From Ignavibacteriota bacterium (GTDB lineage Bacteria > Bacteroidota > Ignavibacteria > UBA10030 > CAVZMI01), in assembly GCA_963776275.1 (NCBI GenBank), contig CAVZMI010000006.1, positions 32,001 to 96,000 of the forward strand: 64,000 nt of DNA, read 5' to 3'. Below the pieces are notes generated by a model. The model ran no database searches. It saw only the letters and a program-made list of their open reading frames with translations, and was not told the DNA's origin. The position numbers and the translations under genes are program-made. Positions 21,098 to 31,618 of the stretch are shown here, piece after piece (the stretch's first letter is position 1; the number at the start of each line of letters is the position of its first letter).

Positions 21098-21112
21098 GTA
21101 GGAGAGTAGCAA

Positions 21113-21200
21113 TGTAGGACGGGCAGTCTGCCCGTCCTACAAGATTCTTCTGGGCAACTTGGCCCGTGGTGAGTCAGATCGAACCACAAGTCGTCCTACA
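21113..21200. repeat. REP-like palindrome with a nested second element
   Basis: TGTAGGACGGGCAG-T-CTGCCCGTCCTACA perfect hairpin, followed by CCGTGGTGAGTCAGATCGAACCAC and a second GTCCTACA end. Confidence 0.7.
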
Positions 21201-21215
21201 CTTTTTCCTCCCCTT

Positions 21216-22478
21216 CTATTTCTGATCCGTTATGATCCGATGTTCCAGCATGTCAATCAGTTTCCTTGTGAAGGGCAGGTTCTGTATTCGAGTCCGTACT
21301 GCCTCGGGAATTGCCCACCAAATTCTGACAGTTAAACGATTTTTTTCCCCACCACCATTTTTTACAAATGGAACAATCGAATACCTTGTGGAAACATACA
21401 AGTGCTCTTTTGCCGCAGGATCAATCTTGGCGATTGGACACAAAATCCATCTCTGAACGGGCTTCAACGCTGCCCAAAATCTTGCGCGTTCCCAATAATC
21501 AAACTTGAAAAGTGACGCCCGTGTGCCTATTGTCGATCCGTTCGACTGTAGACATCGATATTCGTTTATTATCGAATCATAGACTGAAAGCAGATTGATA
21601 ACCGCGTCCTCAAGGTTAGCCTTTTTTCGAACCAGATTGCGAACCTTGATTGCATCTTCCGGATCATATCGGGCAATCTCAGGGAGGATATTCCGGGCTT
21701 CAAGCGGCTTCGTCAGGGCTTGAAATCCGAAATTCATCAGACGCAGCGTATCGAATTCCTCCGAAGTCACCATCGGGCCGATGCCGCTAAAATCACAGAG
21801 AATTACAGCAGCTCCTGTTGCCATCGATTCGATCGCCGCTTTGGCTTTGGCAAAAACGATGTCGTACTTCCCTAGAATCTTTTCCGGGTTTTGAACATAA
21901 TTCGTTTGCATACCGACCACATCGAGATCAATCCCGGCTTGAAGGCATGCTTCGCGAACAGCAGGCACGTGAGTGCGATCATTTGCGTAGTTGCTAAAAA
22001 CGAGAGCCTTTAAGGGTTTTTTAGGAAGAGGCGCACGAGGCATGAAGCGATGCGTATCAACAAAATTCGCTAGAAACGCTATTGTATTTTCCGGAACCCC
22101 GTCTTCCTTCATCCTTGCCATACATTCGAGACTTACTCCCATATATAGAAGGATATGCGGATGAAATGGAGCTCTGTCTCCCCAGAAGGTGTGATTATGA
22201 CAGACAAAGAGTGCAGGAGTTGTTCGAAACTGTTTCATCGCAATCAAGGTGGAAACGCGATGCTGTCCATGAATAATATCCGGTTGGAATTCTATTTGTG
22301 CAGGATTATCCGTAACGGGAATACCTGCTGCAACGAGTCCCTGTGCAATTTTCCCTTTCCTGATAGTGTAGATCTCGGGAGTGTAACCCCGCCGTTTCAA
22401 CTCGAGTACTACATCTCGTGTATAAAGGGGCACCCCGCTGTATGTTTCCAACTCAAGCGTCGTTAAGAGTATCTTCAT
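21216..22478 (-). CDS. Glycosyltransferase, GT-B fold (GT4-like)
   Basis: MKILLT...SGVPLYTRD, PDIIHGQH, NFVDTHRF, AAIESMATGAAVI. Confidence 0.75.
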   Translation of the reverse strand: MKILLTTLELETYSGVPLYTRDVVLELKRRGYTPEIYTIRKGKIAQGLVAAGIPVTDNPAQIEFQPDIIHGQHRVSTLIAMKQFRTTPALFVCHNHTFWGDRAPFHPHILLYMGVSLECMARMKEDGVPENTIAFLANFVDTHRFMPRAPLPKKPLKALVFSNYANDRTHVPAVREACLQAGIDLDVVGMQTNYVQNPEKILGKYDIVFAKAKAAIESMATGAAVILCDFSGIGPMVTSEEFDTLRLMNFGFQALTKPLEARNILPEIARYDPEDAIKVRNLVRKKANLEDAVINLLSVYDSIINEYRCLQSNGSTIGTRASLFKFDYWERARFWAALKPVQRWILCPIAKIDPAAKEHLYVSTRYSIVPFVKNGGGEKNRLTVRIWWAIPEAVRTRIQNLPFTRKLIDMLEHRIITDQK

Positions 22479-22939
22479 GGTATTGGATATTTTTCCGACA
22501 AACTATTAATGAGTCTTCTGCCTTCAGATGATTTCCTCGGGTTGAAATAGGTTTTCCCACACTCCGATCTTTGATATTTCGTGCAGGCGTATTGAGAGGA
22601 TGTTCCGTGATCGACCAACCCTTCTTCTTTTCTGGCAACTCAACGATTTTGTAACATGTCAGTATTTGATCTGGTATCGCGTAGCGATGCTATGCCCTGT
22701 AATTTTATTAGGAACTAAAAGTTCTCGGGGCACTCGTGTGTGAAATTTACAGTGACAGATTCATAAATGCAAGTGTCATGGATTTTATTGCGATACAAAT
22801 ATACACTTTTCAGAAATGCCAGCAAATTCCATTATCGATACTTCAAGAACAAGAAGTGAAGTTATTCATAGGAACTTTTTCTCCCGCCGAGCGTCCACAA
22901 AGTAGAAGGATGATGACAACAACTTTTTCGGTGTCTGGT

Positions 22940-23435
22940 GTAGGATACGAGAACCGTCTTCTGAATCCTGAAGATTTTAAGGATGATAAAAAGGATGCGG
23001 GCGAAATGGGAGCCGGTCACACCGTAACCGTATTGTAAGAAATCATACCGGTCGGAGTTGAAAGTCCTTTCGTGAAAAAAGTGGACTCTCTTAAATATCA
23101 ACAGCAAAAGCTCGTATCGTCCGGTGACGAGATCGCAACAATAAAATCTCGTTACAAGAAACCCGACGGAGAAAAAAGCATCGAGATGATCCAGCCGATC
23201 CCGAACCGGGAAAAAGAGTTTCAGGCTGTCTCTTCAAAATACCCGGTTCGCCGCGGCCGTTGCGATGTTCGGAATGGTCTTACGGGACTCGAAATTCAAG
23301 GGAATAAGCTCGTTTGATGACGTTATTACTATCGCAAAGGGTGCTCGTGGTGAAGATCCGGAAGAATATCGCGCTGAATTTATTCGTCTTGTAAAAACTG
23401 TCAAGGATCTTCCTCTGGCGAAGGAAAAGGATTGA
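22940..23435 (+). pseudogene. C-terminal relic of a YfbK-type vWA/DUF3520 protein
   Basis: [34 protein letters not shown]...RYKKPDG...RFAAAVAMFGMVLRDS...YRAEFIRLV; in-frame TAA at 23036, frameshift near 23238, no N-terminal vWA domain. Confidence 0.8.
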
Positions 23436-23489
23436 AACAGCTGTTTCGTGAAAAGACCCGGATTTTTCAATTCCATAGAAGTGGTATTA

Positions 23490-23528
23490 CCGTCCCGCCC
23501 TGCGTCTCTTGGCGGGGCGGTTTTTTTT
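23490..23528 (+). terminator. Intrinsic terminator
   Basis: CCGTCCCGCC / GGCGGGGCGG stem followed by T8. Confidence 0.75.
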
Positions 23529-23574
23529 ATGAGTTCCTTGCATTCCTTCGATTGATAGTATATCTTTTATTACT

Positions 23575-26173
23575 ATGTCGACTCCATTAATGAAACAATA
23601 CGCCCAGGTGAAGGCAAAGTATCCGGATACGATACTACTCTTCCGTATGGGCGATTTTTTCGAGACATTCGATGAGGATGCCAAGACAACATCGAAAGGT
23701 CCTGGGAATAACCCTGACTCGCCGGGGCAACGGCGCCGCCGGCGAAGTTCCCCTGGCCGGATTTCCCCATCATGCCCTCGAAACATATCTGCCTAAACTG
23801 CTTAAAGCCGGATACCGTGTGGCTGTTTGCGAACAGCTCGAAGACCCGAAATTCGCCAAAGGGATCGTCAAACGGGATGTCATCGAGGTCGTGACTCCCG
23901 GTGTGGCTTTTTCAGATAAGGTACTCGATCAGAAGCAGAATAATTATCTTGCGGCCATAGCCCTTCCTTCTCCCCTGGCAACGGGAAATGATATTGTCGG
24001 ATTTGCTTTCACCGATGTATCGACAGGAGAATTCGGCGTAATGGAATTCCCGCTTCACCAGCTCAAGGAACAGCTTTCAACAATTTCACCGGCTGAGCTG
24101 CTTGTCCAGAAACGCGACATTGACGCAGTCAGGCAACTTACCGGTTCCATATTTCAAGGCCTCTTTTCTAAAGTCGACGACTGGATTTATACATTCGATT
24201 ATGCTTACGAGCTGCTGATTACACATTTTAAAACCCATTCGCTTAAAGGTTTTGGATGCGAGGTATTTCATACAGGAATCATTGCTGCCGGCGCAATCAT
24301 GAATTACCTGCAGGAGACACAGAAGGCAAACCTCCTGCATATTAAAAAACTTACCCCGCATGACATCAGCGATTATATTGTCCTCGATGCATCCACAAAA
24401 CGGAATCTCGAAATTACTTCTTCCATTGCCGGGACAAACGACGGCACCCTCTTCAGCGTCATCGATCGAACTCAAACTCCGATGGGAAGCCGGATGCTGA
24501 AACAATGGATCAACCGGCCGTTAAAAAAGCTTGGGCCGTTGCGCGAACGGCTCGCTGCCGTTGACGAGCTCGTTCATCATAACGATATCCGGAAATTGCT
24601 GGCCGAAATTCTTGCGCCAATCGGTGATCTGGAACGGCTCATAGCCCGTATCTGTACAAATCGTGCCACTCCACGCGAGATGAACGCCCTTAAAGCTATT
24701 CTTGCAACCATCCATGAACTTAAGAGCGCGATGACGAAGGTGGCATCTCCCACACTTGCGGCTATTCGTGACGGACTTCAGGAGCTCAACGATATTGTCG
24801 ATCTTATAAGCCGCGCAATCAGCAATGATCCACCGGCTGTACTTGCCGATGGAGGCGTCATCCGATCCGGATACAACGCCGAACTTGACGATCTGCGTAC
24901 ACTTACGCACAGCGGGAAAGAATGGATCGCAAACCTACAGCGCCAGGAGAAAGAGCGTACCGGAATATCATCGTTAAAAGTGGGATTCAATAATGTATTC
25001 GGCTACTACATAGAGATTACCAATGCACATAAGGATAAAGTACCGGCGGAATATATTCGCAAGCAGACCCTTACGAATGCCGAACGGTACATCACTCCGG
25101 ACTTGAAGGAATATGAAGAAAAAATTCTTCATGCTGAAGAAAAAACAGTTACTCTCGAAACCGAATTATTCAATCAGGTCCGCTCGACTGTTGCTGAGCA
25201 AGCAGGATTCATCCAGGAAGATGCGCGTTTTATTGCTGCCCTCGATTGTTATATTTCGATTGCGACGACAGCTGTTGAATATCGATACGTCATGCCCGAG
25301 CTTGACGAAGGATCGAGAATAGAAATCACCGAAGGCCGCCACCCTGTCATCGAACAGCTGCTTCCACCCGGTGAACGATATATTCCAAACGATACCCTGC
25401 TCGACACAGGCGATCAGCAGATCCTCATTATTACCGAACCGAACATGAGCGGGAAATCGAGTTACCTCCGCCAGGTCGGACTCATCTGCCTCCTCGCGCA
25501 GATTGGAAGCTTTGTCCCTGCGACAAAAGCACACCTTGGTATAGTCGACAAGATATTTACGCGTGTGGGTGCTTCGGATAACATTGCATCGGGTGAATCG
25601 ACGTTTTTGGTCGAGATGCACGAGGCAGCAAATATTGTAAACACTGCAACACCAAAAAGTCTGATACTTCTAGACGAAATCGGACGCGGGACAAGCACTT
25701 TCGACGGAATCAGCATTGCCTGGGCTCTCACAGAATATCTGCACCAGCATATCGGGGCAAAGACTCTTTTTGCTACACATTACCACGAGTTAAATGAATT
25801 GGCCGATCTTTTCCCGAGAATAAAAAATTATAAAGTCGAGGTACGGGAATACGGCGACAAAGTGGTGTTTCTACACAAAGTCACACCCGGTTTCGCCGAC
25901 CATTCGTACGGAATTCAGGTAGCACAGATGGCAGGACTTCCAGACGAAGTCACCGAACGCGCCAAGAAAATCCTGCGCAATCTTGAAGGCTCGGAGCTTA
26001 CGGCGCACGATAGCGCTAAAAAGCCGGGCCGTGTTCAACCGGAAGTGCAGATGACATTGTTCGAGATGAAGGACGACGCGTTACGAACGGAATTACAGGA
26101 CCTCGATCTTAATTCGCTTACACCACTCGAAGCGCTGCAGAAACTCGCCGAGTTGAAAAAGAAGTGCTCTTGA
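23575..26173 (+). CDS. mutS: DNA mismatch repair protein MutS, one apparent frameshift near 23696
   Basis: [19 protein letters not shown] in one frame continues as [16 protein letters not shown] in another; [28 protein letters not shown]. The P-loop reads TEPNMSGKS (canonical TGPNM). Confidence 0.96.
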
Positions 26174-26273
26174 ATTATCAAACTTGACAAGGGGACATCT
26201 TGATAGTTATGTACCATCGATATAACCAGTCTTACCATACAGCTGGGTCACCGAGTTAATCCGCACTTTCATA

Positions 26274-26465
26274 TGCCATATCTAAGCCAAGGGCTTATGA
26301 GCCTATGGCTCAGAGGTGACCTCATAGAAATAATTGACTTGAAGCGGTGGTCTCGATACTTGCCCTGAGTCCGCCGGAGGCGGATCGAAGGGTGGCTGGT
26401 AAGAATGGTTCGACTCGTCCCGACAAAGTCGGGACTCGCTCACCACAAGCTCGGCCACCTGGCTA
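26274..26465. repeat. 42-bp repeat copy 2 plus nested palindrome cluster
   Basis: 26274-26315 matches 19480-19521; then CTTGCCCTGAG[TCCGCCGGAGGCGGA]TCGAAGGG and GGTTCGACTCG[TCCCGACAAAGTCGGGA]CTCGCTCACCAC. Confidence 0.75.
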
Positions 26466-26506
26466 TGACGAATTGTGATGTGTAAACTACCAGGGGAGCA
26501 TGACAA

Positions 26507-26929
26507 ATGAATACATTCCACATCCGAGAAATGACCATCGCCGATTTCGACTCGATGATCGAGCTTTGGAAACGAACGCCTGGGATCGGACTGAGCGACG
26601 CGGATTCAAAGGAGAATATCAATACATTCCTCGAAAGAAATACGAAGTTGAGTCTTGTTTGCGAAATCAATCAAAAAATCATCGGAACAGTGCTATGCGG
26701 CCACGACGGCCGCCGCGGATACATCTATCATTTAGCCGTGGACGATGCATTCCGGAAAAAAGGAATCGGGAAAGAACTTGTTGAGCAATCACTTGTGAAA
26801 TTACGGCAACAGGGTATTTCGAAGTGCCATTTATTTCTATACAACGACAATGAAGATGCAATGCAGTTTTATGAAAAAACCGGATGGAAAAGACGTTATG
26901 ATCTTTTGATCTATTCGAAAGATACATAA
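26507..26929 (+). CDS. GNAT acetyltransferase (YpeA-like)
   Basis: GHDGRRGYIYHLAVDDAFRKKGIGKEL, N..AMQFYEKTGW; GGAG RBS. Confidence 0.9.
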   Translation: MNTFHIREMTIADFDSMIELWKRTPGIGLSDADSKENINTFLERNTKLSLVCEINQKIIGTVLCGHDGRRGYIYHLAVDDAFRKKGIGKELVEQSLVKLRQQGISKCHLFLYNDNEDAMQFYEKTGWKRRYDLLIYSKDT

Positions 26930-27141
26930 CCAACGGTTGGACAATATATTATTGAGAAGAAGAATCCACAACTCTTCTTCTTTTCAGATTACTTCGATAG
27001 ACTTCACTTCTCTCGTTGGCTGTTGTGGAAAACACAAAGTGCACAAAGTACCGTTGATAAAGCAATTAATGAGGACACAAAGAAGAATTTCAGTCTTCTT
27101 CTTCATTGAGTATAATTCAGATATCCGACTCTATCATCATA

Positions 27142-28083
27142 ATGAATATCTCTGACAATATTCTTTCCTGGCTTCTCTCCGGCGATCCCGCAATACGCTG
27201 GCAGACACTACGGGATCTCATTCATGCCAAACCATCGATAACAGAGCGAGAAAGACAGAAGACAATGACCGAAGGATGGGGCGCGCGGCTTCTGGCACAC
27301 CATCAGGCATCGGGAATGTGGGCCGGGGGACTCTATACGCCGAAATGGATATCCACAACTTATACCCTTCTCCTCTTACGCTCGATCGGTCTCCCCGCCG
27401 GCGATCCGCGGATTATAAAATCCTGTATATTACTCCTGGATAACGGGTTGTATAAAGACGGCGGAATTAATTTTCACTTCTCGATGAAATGCAGTGAAAC
27501 ATGCGCCACAGGGATGACTCTTGCAATTCTCTCGCATTTTCAAATCGATGATGAGCGGCTTGAAACCCTCGTCCGGTATTTATTCAGAGAACAAATGCCC
27601 GACGGCGGCTGGAACTGTAAGGCATATAGAGGAGCCACTCATAGCTCATTTCATACAACGATATCTGTGCTCGAAGGATTACACGACTACGAGAAACTGC
27701 AACGGCCGCTCTCGCATCAGGCAAAGAAATATCAGAAGCGGGCAATAGAATTTCTCCTGCGGCATCGGCTCTACAGGTCTCACAGGACAGGTGAGATCGC
27801 CGATCCGAAAATACTTCGGTTCTCCTTCCCTGCCCGGTGGCATTATGATGTGCTCCGGAGTCTCGATTTCTTCCAGGAAAGTAAAGTCAAGCATGACAAC
27901 CGGTTACACGATGCAATAGAACTAGTAAAAAAGAAAAGAACCGACGATGGACGATGGCTGCTTCAAGGTAAACATGCAGGTAAGACATTTTTTGAAATGG
28001 AAAAGGCAGGACAGCCAAGCCGGTGGAATACATTGCGGGCGTTACGGGTTCTACAGTGGTACAAGGGTGAAAATAATGATTAA
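27142..28083 (+). CDS. Prenyltransferase/squalene-cyclase-repeat (alpha-alpha toroid) family protein
   Basis: WLLSGDPAIRWQ, GLYTPKWISTTYTL, EQMPDGGWNC, HSSFHTT, WHYDVLR, PSRWNTLRALRVL; start placed at ATG 27142. Confidence 0.7.
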   Translation: MNISDNILSWLLSGDPAIRWQTLRDLIHAKPSITERERQKTMTEGWGARLLAHHQASGMWAGGLYTPKWISTTYTLLLLRSIGLPAGDPRIIKSCILLLDNGLYKDGGINFHFSMKCSETCATGMTLAILSHFQIDDERLETLVRYLFREQMPDGGWNCKAYRGATHSSFHTTISVLEGLHDYEKLQRPLSHQAKKYQKRAIEFLLRHRLYRSHRTGEIADPKILRFSFPARWHYDVLRSLDFFQESKVKHDNRLHDAIELVKKKRTDDGRWLLQGKHAGKTFFEMEKAGQPSRWNTLRALRVLQWYKGENND

Positions 28084-28118
28084 ACCACTCCAAGATAGAA
28101 AAGGCTGCCTCTTTATAT

Positions 28119-29036
28119 TTACAAAATCTTCAGTCTCTTCAATTCTTCCTTCAGAGTAGCAATAATATGACGTGTCAGTTCAACATTATCCGTCCTGACA
28201 TGTCTTGATCTTAACCACACAATATTTTTCGGCTCACGGGCAGCATTAAAGAAAAGTTCCGTGTTGTACCGGGGGATCTGTTCATCGTTTTCTCCATTTA
28301 TCATCACCAGAGGGATCGGGGAAATTTTATCTGCATAGCGCATCGGTTCCAGCGGACGGAGAAGAAGTGCTCCGGCCGATCCTACAAATTCACTCATAGC
28401 CGGACCCTTATATCGTGCCACGTTGTGCCTGATCATTGTATGGAGTTCTCCCCCGCCATACACCATCGCAGCCACTGCCGCCCGGCGATCATGTGCTACA
28501 ATCGCCGGAACGAACGGGGCACCGAAACTGTACCCGAGAATCACAAGCTTTGAAGTATCTACATCCTTACGTTGAAATAGATAATCTGTTGCCAGCATAG
28601 CCGACGGAACCATGTCGAATAATGCCTGCCGCACGGCGGGAAGATCCCACAAGACCCTCCAGAATGTGTACGTTTCGCGCGGCTCGTACGGATAATCGAG
28701 AGCGAGGATTATAACGCTGTCGATATCCATCGCGTAATCAATAGCATATTTGCCGGTAGCTTTGCCCCCTAAAAGGAGAATAACCGGATACCGTTTCGTC
28801 GTATCGCGAGGAACCAGCAATCCGCATTCCACCTTGAAGCCATCTACGTTGCGAAGGGTGATCCAATACTTTCCAGCGACGGAATCGCTGCACTCGACAA
28901 CTTCTGCCAGCATGCCACGACGCGACTGAAAATATTCAGAGTAGTCCCTGAACGATAGATAAGCTACGAGAGTAAAGAGAATCAGGAGGAGAACAAGGAT
29001 TATTCCAACAATCAGCTTGAATGATAGTCGTTTCAT
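28119..29036 (-). CDS. Membrane-anchored alpha/beta hydrolase
   Basis: N-terminal TM helix, GYSFG nucleophile elbow, NGENDEQIP acid, C-terminal His. Confidence 0.8.
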   Translation of the reverse strand: MKRLSFKLIVGIILVLLLILFTLVAYLSFRDYSEYFQSRRGMLAEVVECSDSVAGKYWITLRNVDGFKVECGLLVPRDTTKRYPVILLLGGKATGKYAIDYAMDIDSVIILALDYPYEPRETYTFWRVLWDLPAVRQALFDMVPSAMLATDYLFQRKDVDTSKLVILGYSFGAPFVPAIVAHDRRAAVAAMVYGGGELHTMIRHNVARYKGPAMSEFVGSAGALLLRPLEPMRYADKISPIPLVMINGENDEQIPRYNTELFFNAAREPKNIVWLRSRHVRTDNVELTRHIIATLKEELKRLKIL

Positions 29037-29234
29037 TGCAATGTGATAGGATGTCAACGGAAAGATACAACTAACATTGGAAAGGTACAAATTTGGAGAT
29101 AAACCATATTCTTAATTTAAAACAATTGCAGTGATTGCAATGAATGAACTATGATCAATAAAATTCGACTCTTGACATGAGATTATGTATATTTTAATAA
29201 ATAAACTTCGATAATCCCAAACATCAAAATTCTT

Positions 29235-29801
29235 ATGAACAGGGGCATTCTTTTCCTTATCATCTCGATCATCTGGGTAGCATCCGAAATCATTCTGGCA
29301 CGGCTGAAAAGGTCCGGCTCGTCCGATCCGGCACAGGATAAACATTCCTTGAGAATTCTCTGGATAACGATAGCTGTTTGTGTCAATATCGGGATCTTTT
29401 TGGGATTTTGGGGTAAAGGTTTTATCCGGGAGGGGAGTTTCACTATTTCGGTCACAGGGCTAGCTTTCATCATCATCGGATTGATCGTTCGATGGATTTC
29501 GATAATCTCGCTACGGAGGTTTTTTACCGTCGATATCAATATTGCACATGATCATCGACTGGTGACGAAAGGTATTTACCGGATCATCCGCCATCCGGCA
29601 TATTCCGGCAGTTTACTTTCTTTTCTAGGGTTAGGAATGGTCTTCTCGAGCTGGATTTCGGTTGCGGTGATTTTTATCCCTATTCTTCTAGCATTCCTTT
29701 ACAGGATCCGGGTTGAAGAGAAAGCACTCATCGCCCATTTTGGTGATGAGTACGTTCGGTATTCCATCTCAACCAAACGGTTGATCCCGAGAATCTATTG
29801 A
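29235..29801 (+). CDS. Isoprenylcysteine carboxyl methyltransferase (ICMT/Ste14) family membrane protein
   Basis: HRLVTKGIYRIIRHPAYSG, RIRVEEKAL..FGDEY..Y. Confidence 0.88.
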   Translation: MNRGILFLIISIIWVASEIILARLKRSGSSDPAQDKHSLRILWITIAVCVNIGIFLGFWGKGFIREGSFTISVTGLAFIIIGLIVRWISIISLRRFFTVDINIAHDHRLVTKGIYRIIRHPAYSGSLLSFLGLGMVFSSWISVAVIFIPILLAFLYRIRVEEKALIAHFGDEYVRYSISTKRLIPRIY

Positions 29802-29812
29802 CAGATCTTTCT

Positions 29813-29965
29813 ATGGCTATTAAATATAATTCTATTGTTCCGTGGGGGCGGTCATTTGAAGAATACCGGCTGATGTTTCATCTGACTGCTGATGACCTCG
29901 ACCTCACGATCCTCGGTTGTGCCGATGGTCTTGCCAGTTTCAATGCCGAAATGTATAAAAGGAGA
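29813..29965 (+). pseudogene. N-terminal fragment of a SAM-dependent methyltransferase
   Basis: IVPWGRSFEEYRLMF.L...ILGCADGLASFNAE; similarity ends abruptly at the RBS of the next gene. Confidence 0.6.
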
Positions 29966-29975
29966 TTCGAACATA

Positions 29976-30312
29976 ATGGGAAAAAATCTAAAATTAGATA
30001 TACCACTGAACCTCGAAAACTTCACGACCGACGACTACCATGAGCTCTGGAATCATCTCGGTCCGATTGAAATCCGTATGATCGAAAAATGCGGAAAATG
30101 TAAACACGCTTTAGATGATGTATTTGTCTATCAGCATCCGTACGATAAACCGGCCGGAGTGTGTAACGCATTGCTCCACGTGCTCGATCTGTATACATGG
30201 AGAGTTGCGCTCGGATTTCCGTCATGGGAATCCGATAACAGAAAGCTGCCATCGCATCCACTGCCCGGCTAAAAAAGGAACAATCTGGGAAATGAAGAAA
30301 TTGGAGAGATAG
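29976..30312 (+). CDS. Small Cys-containing protein (TIGR04076-like), apparent frameshift near 30247
   Basis: AAGGAG RBS; GKCKH..D.F, P.GVCNALL; C-terminal HRIHCPAKKGTIWEMKK lies in the adjacent frame. Confidence 0.55.
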
Positions 30313-30337
30313 AGATTACGATGCCAATATGAAATTT

Positions 30338-30462
30338 AAACTCTGTGTCCTCTGTGCTCGATAGAATTATAGATATCCTCTGTGGACTCCGTGGTTATAT
30401 TTTATCATTGATAAAAAGAAAAACACGGAGATCACAAAGGATCCACGGAGGACACAGAGTAT
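30338..30462. repeat. CTCTGTG/CACAGAG short-unit repeat cluster
   Basis: CTCTGTGTCCTCTGTG...CTCTGTGGACTCCGTGGTTATATTTTATC...CACGGAGGACACAGAG; related copies near 27030-27085, 32565-32600 and 34965-35135. Confidence 0.65.
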
Positions 30463-30544
30463 ATATTCCTTATGTTTTTTCAAAGAAAACGATTAGTAAT
30501 GGAACAGATTCTATATTATTATTGTTTTTAATAATAATAAGGAT

Positions 30545-30573
30545 TTGCAAAATTGAATTCTTTATTGTATATT
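30545..30573 (+). promoter_or_regulatory. Sigma70-type promoter of the cys leader and cysE-cysK
   Basis: TTGCAA-17 nt-TATATT; predicted +1 near 30579-30580, at the leader ATG. Confidence 0.65.
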
Positions 30574-30578
30574 TTATT

Positions 30579-30674
30579 ATGGTAATTTACAATCATAGTA
30601 TCTCTGCTCTTTCAATCGGATCTTTTCCGATATCCAATTCGTGTATCTTCTGCACCTGTAGCTGCTGTTGTTGA
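30579..30674 (+). CDS. Putative Cys-rich leader (attenuator) peptide, 31 aa
   Basis: MVIYNHSISALSIGSFPISNSCIFCTCSCCC*; 6 Cys in the last 10 codons; lies directly upstream of cysE-cysK. Confidence 0.75.
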   Translation: MVIYNHSISALSIGSFPISNSCIFCTCSCCC

Positions 30675-30704
30675 TCATGTAATCAACACAGCCCTTTTCT
30701 TTTT
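30664..30704 (+). terminator. Attenuator terminator overlapping the leader's last Cys codons and stop
   Basis: GCTG(T)TGTTGAT / ATCAACACAGC 11-bp stem, CATGTA loop, then CCTTTTCTTTTT. Confidence 0.65.
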
Positions 30705-30764
30705 ACACTCTAATAGATTTTCACTATAGTTTATTCATATAAATTATTCTTAGGAATCAACGTC

Positions 30765-31574
30765 ATGGTCAACCATCATTTTCTCGAGACACTCGATGCC
30801 AATAATGGCAAGTTTTCAATTTACCTTCCTTCCAAACCGAAGGCCCAGCAATTCGTCGATCAACTGATTCATTTTCTTTTCCCGATTACTGCCGGAGTGA
30901 GTTTATCTATCCAGCAGCTTGAATTACGACTGATGCATCTCCGACTGGAATATGAAGAATTACTCGAACCCCTCGCCTGCTATTTCAAACATCCGCTGAC
31001 AGAGCTCACGGATAGTTATTTCAACAATCTGCCCGTCGCTTATGAACTCCTGTTGAAAGATGCGAAGGCAATCGAAGAATTCGATCCGGCTGCCTACTCA
31101 ATCGAAGAGATCATCATTTCATATCCCGGATTCTATGCCATCGCCGTACACAGATTGGCGCATCATATGTACACGCTGGAGATCCCCATTCTCCCACGCG
31201 TGATCTCGGAATATGCCCACAGCCTAACGGGTATCGACATCCATCCGGGAGCAAGAATTGGCGAGTCGTTTTTTATCGATCACGGAACAGGCATCGTCAT
31301 CGGTGAAACGACAGATATTGGGGCCAATGTGAAGATGTACCAGGGTGTGACGCTGGGGGCACTCAGCGTGAAGAAATTGCTTGCTAATAAGAAACGTCAT
31401 CCCACAATCGAGGATAATGTTATTATTTATTCTGGAAGCACAATCCTCGGAGGCGACACGGTCATCGGGCATGATTCGATCATCGGCGGGAACGTATGGC
31501 TCACGGAAAGCGTTGAACCATATACAGTTGTTTACAACAAGCATGAAGTCAGCGTACGAAATACAAAAGGTTGA
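30765..31574 (+). CDS. cysE: Serine O-acetyltransferase (EpsC-type)
   Basis: [53 protein letters not shown]. Confidence 0.95.
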   Translation: MVNHHFLETLDANNGKFSIYLPSKPKAQQFVDQLIHFLFPITAGVSLSIQQLELRLMHLRLEYEELLEPLACYFKHPLTELTDSYFNNLPVAYELLLKDAKAIEEFDPAAYSIEEIIISYPGFYAIAVHRLAHHMYTLEIPILPRVISEYAHSLTGIDIHPGARIGESFFIDHGTGIVIGETTDIGANVKMYQGVTLGALSVKKLLANKKRHPTIEDNVIIYSGSTILGGDTVIGHDSIIGGNVWLTESVEPYTVVYNKHEVSVRNTKG

Positions 31575-31618
31575 TATCCGAATATTATAACCAGTTGTCA
31601 AGAATATGAAGGTGCAGC

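Noticed and set aside
23575-26173. mutS, lspA, herA, M24 peptidase, POT transporter and activase as true pseudogenes or programmed frameshifts
   Set aside because: Each has a single indel at GGWCC or a homopolymer with otherwise intact sequence, and lspA is normally essential; sequencing error is more parsimonious
30345-30578. 109-aa ORF 30345-30674 as a full protein
   Set aside because: The upstream part runs through a repeat cluster and the promoter; only the last 31 codons from ATG 30579 are credible
30579-30674. Cys-rich peptide as a metallothionein or RiPP precursor
   Set aside because: No modifying enzymes or transporter nearby; its position before cysE-cysK and overlap with a terminator favour a leader peptide
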